64,000 bases of DNA from NCBI GenBank assembly GCA_947478395.1, contig CANJVR010000008.1:17135-81134 (forward strand). Reading direction: 5' to 3'. The stretch is from Opitutia bacterium (lineage in GTDB: Bacteria; Verrucomicrobiota; Verrucomicrobiia; Opitutales; Opitutaceae). The notes beneath the pieces are model-generated. The model saw nothing but the letters and a program-made list of their open reading frames with translations. It did no database searches and was not told the DNA's origin. Positions 19,860 through 28,528 of the stretch are shown here, piece by piece. The translations under genes and the position numbers were made by a program. Every line of letters starts with the position of its first letter. The first letter of the stretch is position 1.

Positions 19860-20567
19860 ATGAAACCAGTCGTCCTTATTACCGGTGCTTCGCAAGGAAT
19901 CGGCGCCGCCATCGCGCATGTCTTTGCCCGTGAAATTCGCGGAGTGAGCCTGGTCCTTGTGGCCCGGAACGCCAAGAATCTTGCGACGGTCGCGCGGCGC
20001 TGCTCGAAGCTCGGTGCGACCGCGGAGCTTTTCCCGTGTGACGTCAGCGATGAGAGTTCGGTCGCCGGGCTGGCGAGCGCGGTCGAAAAGCGTTTCGGCA
20101 CGATCGACGTGCTGATCAACAACGCCGGCAAATTCGAAGGTGCACCATTAGGGGAAATGAGTGTCACGCAGTTTGATCGTATGATCGCGGCAAATTTGCG
20201 CAGTGTGTTTCTCATGTCGCGGGCGTTTGTCCCGGCCATGGCGAAACGCGGCCGGGGCGATGTGTTCAATATGAGTTCGATCGCGGGGCTTGATGCTTAT
20301 CCGGGAGGCGCCGGCTATTGTGCCGCGAAGTTTGGCGTTACGGGCCTGAGCAAAGTGATGCGCGCCGAATTGAAGACGAAGGGCGTGCGCGTGTGCTGTG
20401 TTTATCCGGGTGCAACATGGTCGCCCTCGTGGGAGGGCGCGGGCGTGCCCGCCACACGCATGATGCCCGCGGCGGACGTGGCGCGGGCGTTTCTCGATGT
20501 GTATCGTCTTGGTCGCAGTGCCGTGGTCGAGGAGATCATCCTCCGGCCTCAACTCGGCGACTTGTGA
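19860..20567 (+). CDS. Short-chain dehydrogenase/reductase (SDR), sepiapterin-reductase-like by context
   Basis: ATG at 19860 gives MKPVVLITGASQGIGAAIA (TGxxxGxG). NNAG and the YxxxK motif (YCAAKFG) are present. Confidence 0.85.
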   Translation: MKPVVLITGASQGIGAAIAHVFAREIRGVSLVLVARNAKNLATVARRCSKLGATAELFPCDVSDESSVAGLASAVEKRFGTIDVLINNAGKFEGAPLGEMSVTQFDRMIAANLRSVFLMSRAFVPAMAKRGRGDVFNMSSIAGLDAYPGGAGYCAAKFGVTGLSKVMRAELKTKGVRVCCVYPGATWSPSWEGAGVPATRMMPAADVARAFLDVYRLGRSAVVEEIILRPQLGDL

Positions 20568-20669
20568 GAAAGAGCGCGGCTGAAGCGCCGCGCTACGTCA
20601 TCAGCCAACCCGCGTTCGTCCGCGTACACTTGGGGCAACGAACCGATGCCTCCGCGCCGCGAGCGGGCT

Positions 20670-23600
20670 TCAGGGTCGCTTTGACCAGCGGCGGTCTTGC
20701 TTTAACTCGAGCCGCCTGGTTTCGATTTGGACGCCGGCGATGGCGGGATGCGCGCGGAGTTGCTGGAACGACGGGCCATTGAGTTTCCAGGTGAGCGCGG
20801 TGCTGGCTTCCGCGAACGGCGCGATGCGATCTTCAAACACAAAGGCAAACTCCACGCGCGTGTCGCCGACCTGGACGTTGAGCGTCTCACGGAGCTGGCG
20901 GAGAAAAGCAGGGAGCTCCGGATGCGTCGGCTGCACAAGCCACGTGACTTTGCGGACATTGGCGGTGATCTGCGCGTCGAGCGGATAGCACTCCTTGATA
21001 TTGATGCGCGGCCCCTCCGTGCCGACGATGATATTGCCGAGCACGATCACGGGAGCGTTTTCAGTCAGCACGGTACCATAGGCCGCGTAGCCGTCGGCAA
21101 ACAGGTTGAGCGCGACTGAGGCTTTCTTAGTCGCGAGCGTAAACGCGGCCCAGGGGCGGTTGTCCTTTTTGGAAAGTCGTTTGACGATGTTGCTGATGAT
21201 CCCGCAGAGACGGAACTCGGTGCGGTCGGGCTGGCGCAGCAGATCATCGATGACGAAGGTGTCGATGGACTCGGCGAGTCCGGCGTAAACGTTCATCGGG
21301 TGGCCCGAGACATAGAAGCCCAGAAGCTCTTTTTCGAAAATGAGGCGTTCAGCAGACGTGAAGTCGCCGCCGCCATCGGCGGATTTGGGATTTGAAATTT
21401 GAGATTTGAGATCGCGAGCTGGAACCTCGGCCGCGGCAAACACGTCGAGGAAGCTGTGCTGACCGGCGGCTTTATCGCGGGCGTTGGCGGTGGCACCAGC
21501 CATCGCGGCGTCGATGCCGTCGAACAGTTTTTTGCGCGAGGCGCCGCTGAAATCGAAGGCCCCGGTTTTGGCGAGATGCTCGAGGACGCGCTTGTTGATC
21601 GCGCGGCCGTCGACGCGCGAGACCATGTCGTCGAAATCCTTGTAGGGACCCTTGGCGTCGCGTTCGGCGATGATTTTTTGGGCGGCGAGTTCACCGACGC
21701 CTTTGACGCCGGCGAGGCCGAAGCGGATCGCCGCTTCGCCGCGGGTCTGACTTCCGGGTTCTGAGTTCAGAGTTTCGGGGCGCGGAGCTCCGAACGCGGA
21801 ACCTGGAACCTTTTGTTTCGCCCCGCGGAACACCGGCGTGAACATCTCGCGCGACTCATTTACGTCTGGGCCGAGGACTTTGAGGCCCATCGCTTCGCAC
21901 TCGGCGATAAAATGGGCGGATTTTTCGGAGTTACCCAGTTCGGAGCTGAGCATGGCGGCCATGAACTGCACCGGGTAGTTCGCCTTCAGGAAACCGGTCT
22001 GGTAGCTAAGAATCGCGTAGGCGGCTGAGTGGGATTTGTTGAAACCGTAGCCGGCGAATTTGTTGAGAATGTCGAAGATCGAGTCGGCGGTTTTCGCGTC
22101 GATGTTGTTTACGCTTTTGGCGCCCTCGACGAATTTGGTGCGCTCCTTCGCCATGGCCTCGGCATCTTTTTTGCCCATGGCGCGGCGGAGCATATCGGCG
22201 CCGCCGAGCGTGTAGCCAGCGATGATCTTCGCGGCCTCCATGACCTGCTCCTGATAGACCATGATGCCGTAAGTCTCGCGGCAGACCTCTTCGAGGAGCT
22301 TGTGCGGATAGGTGACGGTGCTCGGATCTTTTTTGCCGCGCACATAGTCGGGAATCCACTCCATCGGACCGGGCCGGTAGAGCGCGATGAGCGCAACGAT
22401 CTCGTCGATCGTCGAGAGACTGATCTGGCGGCAGAGGTTTTGCATGCCGCCCGACTCGAGCTGGAACACGCCGGTGGTGCGGCCGGAATTGAGCAGGGCA
22501 AACGTCTTCGCGTCTTCGAGCGGAATTGCTTCGATGTCGAATTTCGGATCGGCCGTGCGGCGGATGTTTTCGACGGCATCGGCGATGACGGTGAGCGTTT
22601 TTAGCCCGAGGAAATCCATCTTCAACAGGCCGAGCTTGCCCACGGCGTTCATGTCGAACTGCACGGTGACGTCGTCTTCTTGCAGCGTGAGCGGGACGAA
22701 TTCCTCGAGCGGCCGGTCGGTGATGATGATGCCGGCGGCGTGTTTGCCGGTGTTGCGGACCATGCCTTCGAGGACGCGGGCCTGGTCGAAGATTTTTTTG
22801 GCGACGGGATTGCGGGCGACCTCGTTGCGCAGTTCCTCGGATTTTTTGACCGCATCCTCGAGCGTGATGTTGAGCTCGTCGGGAATCATCTTCGCGAGCC
22901 GGTCGGCGTCAGCGTACGGGAGATTGTGCACGCGCGAGATGTCGCGGATGACCATTTTGGCTCCGAGGGTGCCGTACGTGATGATGTTGGCCACGCAGTC
23001 CTTGCCGTATTTTTCGCGGACGTAGTCGATGACCTCGCCGCGGCGCCGCATGCAGAAATCGATGTCGAAGTCGGGCGGGGAAACGCGTTCGGGATTCAGG
23101 AAGCGTTCGAAGAGAAGTTTAAAACGCAGCGGATCGAGATTGGTGATCCCGAGGAGGTAGGCGACAAGACAGCCGGCGCCGGAGCCGCGGCCGGGCCCGA
23201 CGGGGATGTTTTGTTTTCGGGCCCAGTCGATGAAGTCCCAGACGACGAGGAAATAGTCGATGAAGCCGGTCTTGCCGATGACGCTCAGCTCGTAATCGAG
23301 GCGGGTGCAGAGGGTGCGGGCGAGGAGGAGTTCAGGGTTTTGGGTTTCGGGTTTCGGGTTCGGAGACTCGGAACTCGGAGGCTCGGACTCGGTACTGGTG
23401 GAAGATTGATATTCTACGCCGTAGCGGCGCTTGAGGCCCGCGATGCAGAGATCCTTGAGATAGCCCGAGCGATCCATCTTCGATGAAATCTCGGGCGGGA
23501 GCGGATATTTGGGGTAACGTTCGCTGCCCTTGGGAAACGGAATCGTGAGGTCGCACATCTCGGCGACGATTTGCGTGTTCGTGATGGACTCCGGGACCTC

Positions 23601-24389
23601 GGTGAAGAGGCGTTCCATCTCGGCGCGCGACTTCAGGTAAAATTCCTGGCCGGAGAAACGCATGCGTTTCTCGTCCTCGATTTTTGCGCCGGTCTGGATG
23701 CAGAGCATGGCGTCGTGCGGACCGGAGTCGGCCGAGTTCACGTAATGAACGTCGTTCGTGGCGATGACCTTGAGGTTGAACTCCTCCGCGAGCTTAAGCA
23801 GGCCGGGGATGATTTTCTTCTGTTCCGGGATCCCGTGATCCTGGATTTCAACGAAATAGTTTTCGCGGCCGAAGATATCGACGAAGCGGGCGCAGGCTTT
23901 GCGGGCATCCTCGTCGCGGTCGTGGAGCAAATGCTGCGGCACGAGCGAGGCGAGGCAGCCGGTGAAGCCGATCAGGCCGCCGGCGTGTTTTGCGAGCGTG
24001 TCGAGATCGGTGCGGGGCTTGTAATAAAAGCCTTTGAGGTGCGCATCCGAAACCAGCTTTAGGAGGTTCTGGTAGCCGATGAGGTTTTTCGCGAGCAGGC
24101 CGAGATGGAAGATGCTTTTGCCGTCGTCGTCGGAGCGGCCGTGTTTTTCGAGGCGGGAGGTTTCGACGAGGTAGAGTTCGCAGCCGATGAGGGGCTTGAT
24201 GCCTTTGGCTTTGGCGGTGTTGTAGAAATCGATCGCGCCGAAAAGATTGCCGTGGTCGGTGAGGGCGAGGGCCGGCATGCCGAGGGCGACGGCGCGGTCC
24301 ATGAGACGGTCGATCCGGCAGGCACCGTCGAGCAGGCTGTAATCGGAATGAACGTGAAGATGGACGAAATTCTGGTCGGCAGACGGCAC
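20670..24389 (-). CDS. dnaE: DNA polymerase III alpha subunit
   Basis: PHP domain FVHLHVHSDYSLLDGA...LALTDHGNLFGAIDFY, then polymerase core, OB fold and C-terminal domain. The GTG at 24387-24389 (VPSADQNFVHLHVH) is the likely start. The 68-aa upstream extension in the ORF track contains no Met and looks non-coding. Confidence 0.95.
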   Translation of the reverse strand: MPSADQNFVHLHVHSDYSLLDGACRIDRLMDRAVALGMPALALTDHGNLFGAIDFYNTAKAKGIKPLIGCELYLVETSRLEKHGRSDDDGKSIFHLGLLAKNLIGYQNLLKLVSDAHLKGFYYKPRTDLDTLAKHAGGLIGFTGCLASLVPQHLLHDRDEDARKACARFVDIFGRENYFVEIQDHGIPEQKKIIPGLLKLAEEFNLKVIATNDVHYVNSADSGPHDAMLCIQTGAKIEDEKRMRFSGQEFYLKSRAEMERLFTEVPESITNTQIVAEMCDLTIPFPKGSERYPKYPLPPEISSKMDRSGYLKDLCIAGLKRRYGVEYQSSTSTESEPPSSESPNPKPETQNPELLLARTLCTRLDYELSVIGKTGFIDYFLVVWDFIDWARKQNIPVGPGRGSGAGCLVAYLLGITNLDPLRFKLLFERFLNPERVSPPDFDIDFCMRRRGEVIDYVREKYGKDCVANIITYGTLGAKMVIRDISRVHNLPYADADRLAKMIPDELNITLEDAVKKSEELRNEVARNPVAKKIFDQARVLEGMVRNTGKHAAGIIITDRPLEEFVPLTLQEDDVTVQFDMNAVGKLGLLKMDFLGLKTLTVIADAVENIRRTADPKFDIEAIPLEDAKTFALLNSGRTTGVFQLESGGMQNLCRQISLSTIDEIVALIALYRPGPMEWIPDYVRGKKDPSTVTYPHKLLEEVCRETYGIMVYQEQVMEAAKIIAGYTLGGADMLRRAMGKKDAEAMAKERTKFVEGAKSVNNIDAKTADSIFDILNKFAGYGFNKSHSAAYAILSYQTGFLKANYPVQFMAAMLSSELGNSEKSAHFIAECEAMGLKVLGPDVNESREMFTPVFRGAKQKVPGSAFGAPRPETLNSEPGSQTRGEAAIRFGLAGVKGVGELAAQKIIAERDAKGPYKDFDDMVSRVDGRAINKRVLEHLAKTGAFDFSGASRKKLFDGIDAAMAGATANARDKAAGQHSFLDVFAAAEVPARDLKSQISNPKSADGGGDFTSAERLIFEKELLGFYVSGHPMNVYAGLAESIDTFVIDDLLRQPDRTEFRLCGIISNIVKRLSKKDNRPWAAFTLATKKASVALNLFADGYAAYGTVLTENAPVIVLGNIIVGTEGPRINIKECYPLDAQITANVRKVTWLVQPTHPELPAFLRQLRETLNVQVGDTRVEFAFVFEDRIAPFAEASTALTWKLNGPSFQQLRAHPAIAGVQIETRRLELKQDRRWSKRP
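21382..21413. repeat. Heptanucleotide tract (GATTTGG GATTTGA AATTTGA GATTTGA) inside dnaE
   Basis: About 4.5 tandem 7-mers. On the coding strand it encodes DLKSQISNPKSA. It is 22/26 identical to the tract upstream of hsp20 (49361-49388), in opposite orientation. Confidence 0.8.
21754..21810. repeat. Degenerate GAGTTCAGAGTTTCGGGG-type tract inside dnaE
   Basis: CCGGGTTCTGAGTTCAGAGTTTCGGGGCGCGGAGCTCCGAACGCGGAACCTGGAACC. Encodes the low-complexity stretch VPGSAFGAPRPETLNSEPGSQ. Related to the tracts at 23328 and 57396. Confidence 0.6.
23328..23392. repeat. Heptanucleotide tract (GGGTTTT GGGTTTC GGGTTTC GGGTTCG GAGACTC GGAACTC ...) inside dnaE
   Basis: Encodes STESEPPSSESPNPKPETQNPE. Contains the 12-mer GTTTCGGGTTTC, also at 57492-57503 (reverse complement) and 63854-63865. 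Also contains TCAGGGTTTTGG, which recurs at 46853-46864. Confidence 0.8.
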
Positions 24390-24655
24390 GGTTAAGTTAA
24401 GCAACCCTGCACCGGAGGCCGCGCAAGGCGGAAACCTGATTGGCGGAAGAATTCGAACCGGATTGCCCGCTAAACACCCGAAATATACGGAAAAGAACGC
24501 CCCATGGAGGGTGTTTTCCGTGTATTCCGGGTGTTCCGCGGGCGACCAATTCAAGGGTGTGGTTTCGCGCGGATTTAGCCGGAAAAAAGCCATTGACGCG
24601 TGCCGCGCGGGTTGGCTTGTTAGCGGGCTTTCCTTTCACCAACCGTCCGCTGAAC

Positions 24656-24853
24656 ATGTCCATCGAAATCAAAATCCGCAAAAACGAGCCCATCGACCGT
24701 GCGATTCGTCGCATGAAAAAGAAGCTCGAGCGCGAGAACATCATCAAAGGCACGCGCGCGAAACGCTATTTCGAGAAGCCGTGTGAGAAGCGCCGTCGTA
24801 AGGAGAAAGTCATGGCTTTCACCGCGATGCTGCGCCGCCGTCACGCCGACTGA
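24656..24853 (+). CDS. rpsU: 30S ribosomal protein S21
   Basis: The ATG at 24656 gives MSIEIKIRKNEPIDRAIRRMKKKLERENIIKGTRAKRYFEKPCEKRRRKEK..., a typical S21 sequence. Confidence 0.93.
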   Translation: MSIEIKIRKNEPIDRAIRRMKKKLERENIIKGTRAKRYFEKPCEKRRRKEKVMAFTAMLRRRHAD

Positions 24854-24879
24854 GTCCATCCGGCCCAGACTATTTCCCT

Positions 24880-24919
24880 GACCGCCGTCCGAAAAATTTC
24901 GGACGGCGGTCTTTTTTTT
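24880..24919 (+). terminator. Rho-independent terminator after rpsU (possibly bidirectional, mutY converges)
   Basis: GACCGCCGTCCGAAA/TTTCGGACGGCGGTC stem followed by eight T residues. Confidence 0.8.
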
Positions 24920-25052
24920 GGAAATCGGAGCCCCGAAGGGACTGCTCAAGTGGCGTGGGCAATTGGGGAAAAAACGCCGCGCCTAATTGGGTTTCGCCGG
25001 CCCGACGTGAACGCGGCGGCCGACGACCATCAGCCGGTCTGAAGGGCGCAGT

Positions 25053-26120
25053 CTATTTTTTCAAACGCGCCGCGAGAATTTCCGTGATCCACCGCCGGTG
25101 GGGGCCGGACAGCGTGATTTCGTCGAGCGTGGTGAGCGGAATCCAGACGAGTTCTGGCGAAATTTTCCCGCGAGGCGATACGCCGGCATGGATCGTTTCG
25201 GTGATTTGAAAGCGAGTGATAGAGCGTTTTCTCTTGGCGATTAAAACGCCTTGCGTGGCGGTGGCCTCGGAAACGCCGACCTGTTCGGGCGTGGGCAATT
25301 CATGTTGATGAGCGAGGCGCTTGGAATCGGCCGCCGCGCGATGGAGCAACAACGCGCCGTCTCGCTCGCACCACACGCGCGTCACCCTGCGCTGCTCGAT
25401 CAGCTTGGGAGCGAGCCGCGGGTACGCCGTGGGATTCCCGTGGCGCGCGCCGGCGCAGAATGTTCGCACCGGGCACGTGAGGCACAGCGGCTTTTGGCGA
25501 AAACACACGGTGGCGCCGAGCTCCATCATCGCCTGGTTGTGATCGCCGGGTGACTGCGATGAGAGCAACGCCTCAGCGAGAGAGGTAAATGCCTTCGCCG
25601 CCGACGCGCTGTCGCGGTATTCGCTGCCGTCGGCGGTGATGCGGGCGAGGATCCTGACCACGTTGCCGTCCACGCAGGCGGCTGGCGCTGCGAACGCTAT
25701 GCTGGTGATCGCCGCCGCGGTGTAGGGTCCTACGCCAGGCAGTTCGCGCCACTCCGCGGGCGTGCGGGGCGGCGTGGGCAAGGCGGCGACCGCGCGCGCG
25801 AGCTGGTGCAGATTGCGGGCGCGCGAATAGTAGCCGAGCCCTTCCCAGAGTTTGAGCACCCGAGTTTCGGAAGCGGCGGCGAGGGCCGCGAAGTCGGGTA
25901 ACGTGGCGAGCCAGCGGGCGAAATAGGGCAGGACGGTTTTCACCTGCGTTTGCTGCAGCATTAACTCGCTCACCACGGTTTTATAGAGCGAAGGATTTTC
26001 CCGCCACGGCAGAACCCTCGCGTGGCGACGATACCACGTGAGCAGGGCCGACTGAAAATCGAGCTTGGCGGCGATGAGCTGGACGGAGGAGTTGGCCACG
26101 AAAAGCACGAGAAGACACAA
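25053..26120 (-). CDS. mutY: A/G-specific adenine DNA glycosylase
   Basis: LLTWYRRHARVLPWRENPSLYKTVVSELMLQQTQV, an Fe-S cluster loop CFRQKPLCLTCPVRTFC, and a NUDIX-like C-terminal domain. The codon at 26120 is TTG, so the true start may be a few codons downstream. Confidence 0.88.
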   Translation of the reverse strand: MCLLVLFVANSSVQLIAAKLDFQSALLTWYRRHARVLPWRENPSLYKTVVSELMLQQTQVKTVLPYFARWLATLPDFAALAAASETRVLKLWEGLGYYSRARNLHQLARAVAALPTPPRTPAEWRELPGVGPYTAAAITSIAFAAPAACVDGNVVRILARITADGSEYRDSASAAKAFTSLAEALLSSQSPGDHNQAMMELGATVCFRQKPLCLTCPVRTFCAGARHGNPTAYPRLAPKLIEQRRVTRVWCERDGALLLHRAAADSKRLAHQHELPTPEQVGVSEATATQGVLIAKRKRSITRFQITETIHAGVSPRGKISPELVWIPLTTLDEITLSGPHRRWITEILAARLKK

Positions 26121-26188
26121 AAAAGCAGAGGCGGAAAGCAGGGTTTTCTTTTTCGTGCGTTTTGGCGCTTTTTGTGGCCAGTACCTTT

Positions 26189-27196
26189 ATGGCGAAGAAG
26201 ACCGCGGATGACGCGGAAAAACCCAAGAAGCTCAGCACCTACACCATCAAGCTTGATGATGTGCAGATGGAGAAGCTGCGCGCGATCTGCGTGGCGCGGC
26301 AGTTCGAGCCATTCGACGTACCGTATGCGCGCTTCGCGTTTCGCGGGCTCGACGTCAACGTGACCGCCTACGACAAACGCAAGGTGGTCGTGATCGCGGG
26401 CAAGGGGACCGAGAATTTCGTGACGATGACGCTCGAGCCGGAAGTCACGATGGCGGCCACGCTCGGCTACGACGAAGTGTTGCACCCGGATTGGTTCGAG
26501 TCGCACGCCGGACTCGACGAAAGCGGTAAGGGCGATTTTTTTGGCCCAGTGGTCGCGGCCACGGTGATTGCCGACAAAGGCATGATCGAGGCGTGGCGCG
26601 AGGCGGGCGTGCAGGATTCGAAACGCATCGCGGCTCCCCAAATCATGCGGCTCGATGCGCTCATTCGCGGGACGAAAGGCGCCGTCGTCGAGGTGTGTTA
26701 TTGTCGCACGATGGCGCGGTACAACGAGCTGATGGGTCGACCGCGAGCCAACCTCAACCGTCTGCTGGCATGGCAGCACGCGACCGCGCTGTCCGATGCG
26801 CTCGCGAAAAAGCCGGTGCCGTGGGGGCTGCTCGACCAATTCACCGAACAGCCGCTCGTGCAACGCGAACTCACCAAGAAAGGCGTGGAGAACTTTGAGC
26901 TGCGCATGCGGACCAAGGCGGAATCCGATCCGGTGGTCGCGGCGGCTTCGATCGTGGCGCGGGCGGAATTTGTCCGGGCGATGCACAGTCTCTCCAAGGA
27001 ATTTGGCGCGACGCTGCAATTCGGGGCGAGCGCGCTCGTGAAAGTGCAGGCGAATGAAATCATCCAGAAATTTGGGGCGCGGGCGCTGGGCGATTTTGCC
27101 AAACTGCATTTTCGCACCGCGTACGAAGTCGTGGCGGCGGCCGGAAAACTCGATGAGCTGCCGCTGAAGCCACCACCGCCAAAGATGGAGTGGTAG
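26189..27196 (+). CDS. rnhC: Ribonuclease HIII
   Basis: N-terminal DUF3378-like domain (YTIKLDDVQMEKLRAI...VNVTAYDKRKVVVIAGKG) followed by an RNase H2-type core with GLDESGKGDFFGPVV. ATG at 26189 preferred over the TTG at 26162. Confidence 0.85.
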   Translation: MAKKTADDAEKPKKLSTYTIKLDDVQMEKLRAICVARQFEPFDVPYARFAFRGLDVNVTAYDKRKVVVIAGKGTENFVTMTLEPEVTMAATLGYDEVLHPDWFESHAGLDESGKGDFFGPVVAATVIADKGMIEAWREAGVQDSKRIAAPQIMRLDALIRGTKGAVVEVCYCRTMARYNELMGRPRANLNRLLAWQHATALSDALAKKPVPWGLLDQFTEQPLVQRELTKKGVENFELRMRTKAESDPVVAAASIVARAEFVRAMHSLSKEFGATLQFGASALVKVQANEIIQKFGARALGDFAKLHFRTAYEVVAAAGKLDELPLKPPPPKMEW

Positions 27197-27520
27197 CGTC
27201 ACGGGCGCGGAGACGGAACTGATCAAATCCGGAGGGTTGGAGGCTAAGATTCGCGGCATTTTTAGGCCTCTTCGTCGTCAACGCTCTGCAATCACCGGAG
27301 GCGCATCTTTACCTATTTTCGGTTTCGGTCAGCTGGCGGATGTGGCGCGTGAAATCCTCGTCTTCGCCTGCGAGCAATTCAGGCCGTGCGGAGCGAACGT
27401 CGAAACGGCGTACCGTTTCGCGCATGATCCGGCCAAGCGAATGGGGTGTCCGGCCAAAGCCCAGCGCGGGAGAGCGTGGACCGCGCTTGCGCGGCGGGAG
27501 CAGTTTTCTTCACATGCGCC

Positions 27521-28273
27521 ATGAAACGCCGTCAATTGCGCGGCTTTGACCTCAAACAAATCGAAAATGTTGCCAGCCTGATCGGCGTCGATGAGGCCGG
27601 CCGCGGTGCCTTGGCCGGACCGGTGGTGGCGGGCGCGGTGCTTGTGACGCGGGAGTTTCTGGAAAGCCGCTGGGCCGATGTGAATGCGCGCCGGATCAAT
27701 GACTCCAAACAGCTGACTGCGGCGGAGAGGGACTCGTTGTGGCTCGATTTCGAGGCGCTCGCGGCCGAGGGAAAAATCCACGCGCACTTCGGCTCGGCGG
27801 ATGTCGCCGAGATCGCGCAGCTCAATATTCTCGGCGCGACAAAACTGGCGATGCGGCGCGCGCTCGAAGGCATTTATCCGCCGAGCGCATTCGAGCGAAA
27901 GGTAGAGCCCGATCTTTTTTCGGCGTTGGAGGAGGTGGCGAATTTTCAGCCGACCGTCTCGGCGAGGGTTTTGATCGATGGGCTGCCATTGAGAAATTTT
28001 CCGTATCCTCATATCGGGCTCGTGCAGGGGGATGCGCGTTCCCTCTGCATCGCGATGGCTTCGATTATCGCCAAGGTCACGCGGGACCGGCTGATGAGCG
28101 AACTGGACGCGCAATTCGCCGGTTACGGTTTTGCGACCCACAAAGGCTACGGCACGGAAGAGCATCGCGAGGCGGTGCTCCGCCTCGGGCGTACGCCGCA
28201 GCATCGGGAGATGTTTTTGCGCAAGCTCCTGGCGGGGCGCCCCGATCCGGCGCAAATCGATTTTTTAGCCTAG
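27521..28273 (+). CDS. rnhB: Ribonuclease HII
   Basis: ATG at 27521. IGVDEAGRGALAGPVVAGAV, DSKQLT and ASIIAKVTRD are canonical RNase HII motifs. Confidence 0.9.
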   Translation: MKRRQLRGFDLKQIENVASLIGVDEAGRGALAGPVVAGAVLVTREFLESRWADVNARRINDSKQLTAAERDSLWLDFEALAAEGKIHAHFGSADVAEIAQLNILGATKLAMRRALEGIYPPSAFERKVEPDLFSALEEVANFQPTVSARVLIDGLPLRNFPYPHIGLVQGDARSLCIAMASIIAKVTRDRLMSELDAQFAGYGFATHKGYGTEEHREAVLRLGRTPQHREMFLRKLLAGRPDPAQIDFLA

Positions 28274-28528
28274 CGCGAAGGCGCGAAGACGACTCGCCAT
28301 CCCCGCCTTGGCGCACCGTTCGCAGGAGGACAAATCCGGTCCGTCGCGGCGCAGAAGATCCGAGCCCTTTCTATGGCAGGGGCGGCACGCCGCTCGTTTT
28401 CCGACAAGCTCAGGGCCTCGAGCGGGCCGGTAAGGCGACAGGGCGTGGGTGGTTCGCCCGCCCGGAGCGCCGACGGGATCCAGCGCCGTCGTTGACCGCG
28501 CTGCGCGCATGGGCCACACCTTGTGCTG

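Noticed and set aside
21382-23392. Heptamer tracts considered as a CRISPR-like or minisatellite array
   Set aside because: The units are 7 nt with no spacers, only 3-8 copies each, and they lie in frame within dnaE. This is not CRISPR architecture. They are reported as a dispersed short-repeat family instead.
24440-24470. tRNA-like T-loop string (reverse complement CCGGTTCGAATTC)
   Set aside because: The flanking sequence cannot form a T-stem, acceptor stem or anticodon arm. No tRNA cloverleaf was found here or elsewhere in the window.
24390-24593. 68-aa N-terminal extension of dnaE in the ORF track
   Set aside because: The extension has no internal Met and runs through the promoter-like spacer. 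The PHP domain begins right after an in-frame GTG at 24389.
25970-27259. 429-aa minus-strand ORF covering the whole rnhC locus
   Set aside because: It is antisense to a gene with clear RNase HIII motifs. Its translation is Arg/His/Pro-rich with no domain, which is typical of a shadow ORF in high-GC DNA.
27309-27425. 38-aa minus-strand ORF (MRETVRRFDVRSARPELLAGEDEDFTRHIRQLTETENR) in the rnhC-rnhB spacer, considered as an antitoxin-like gene
   Set aside because: It has no partner gene, and its 3' end is formed by a copy of the dispersed GTTTCGG repeat. It is too short and unsupported to call.
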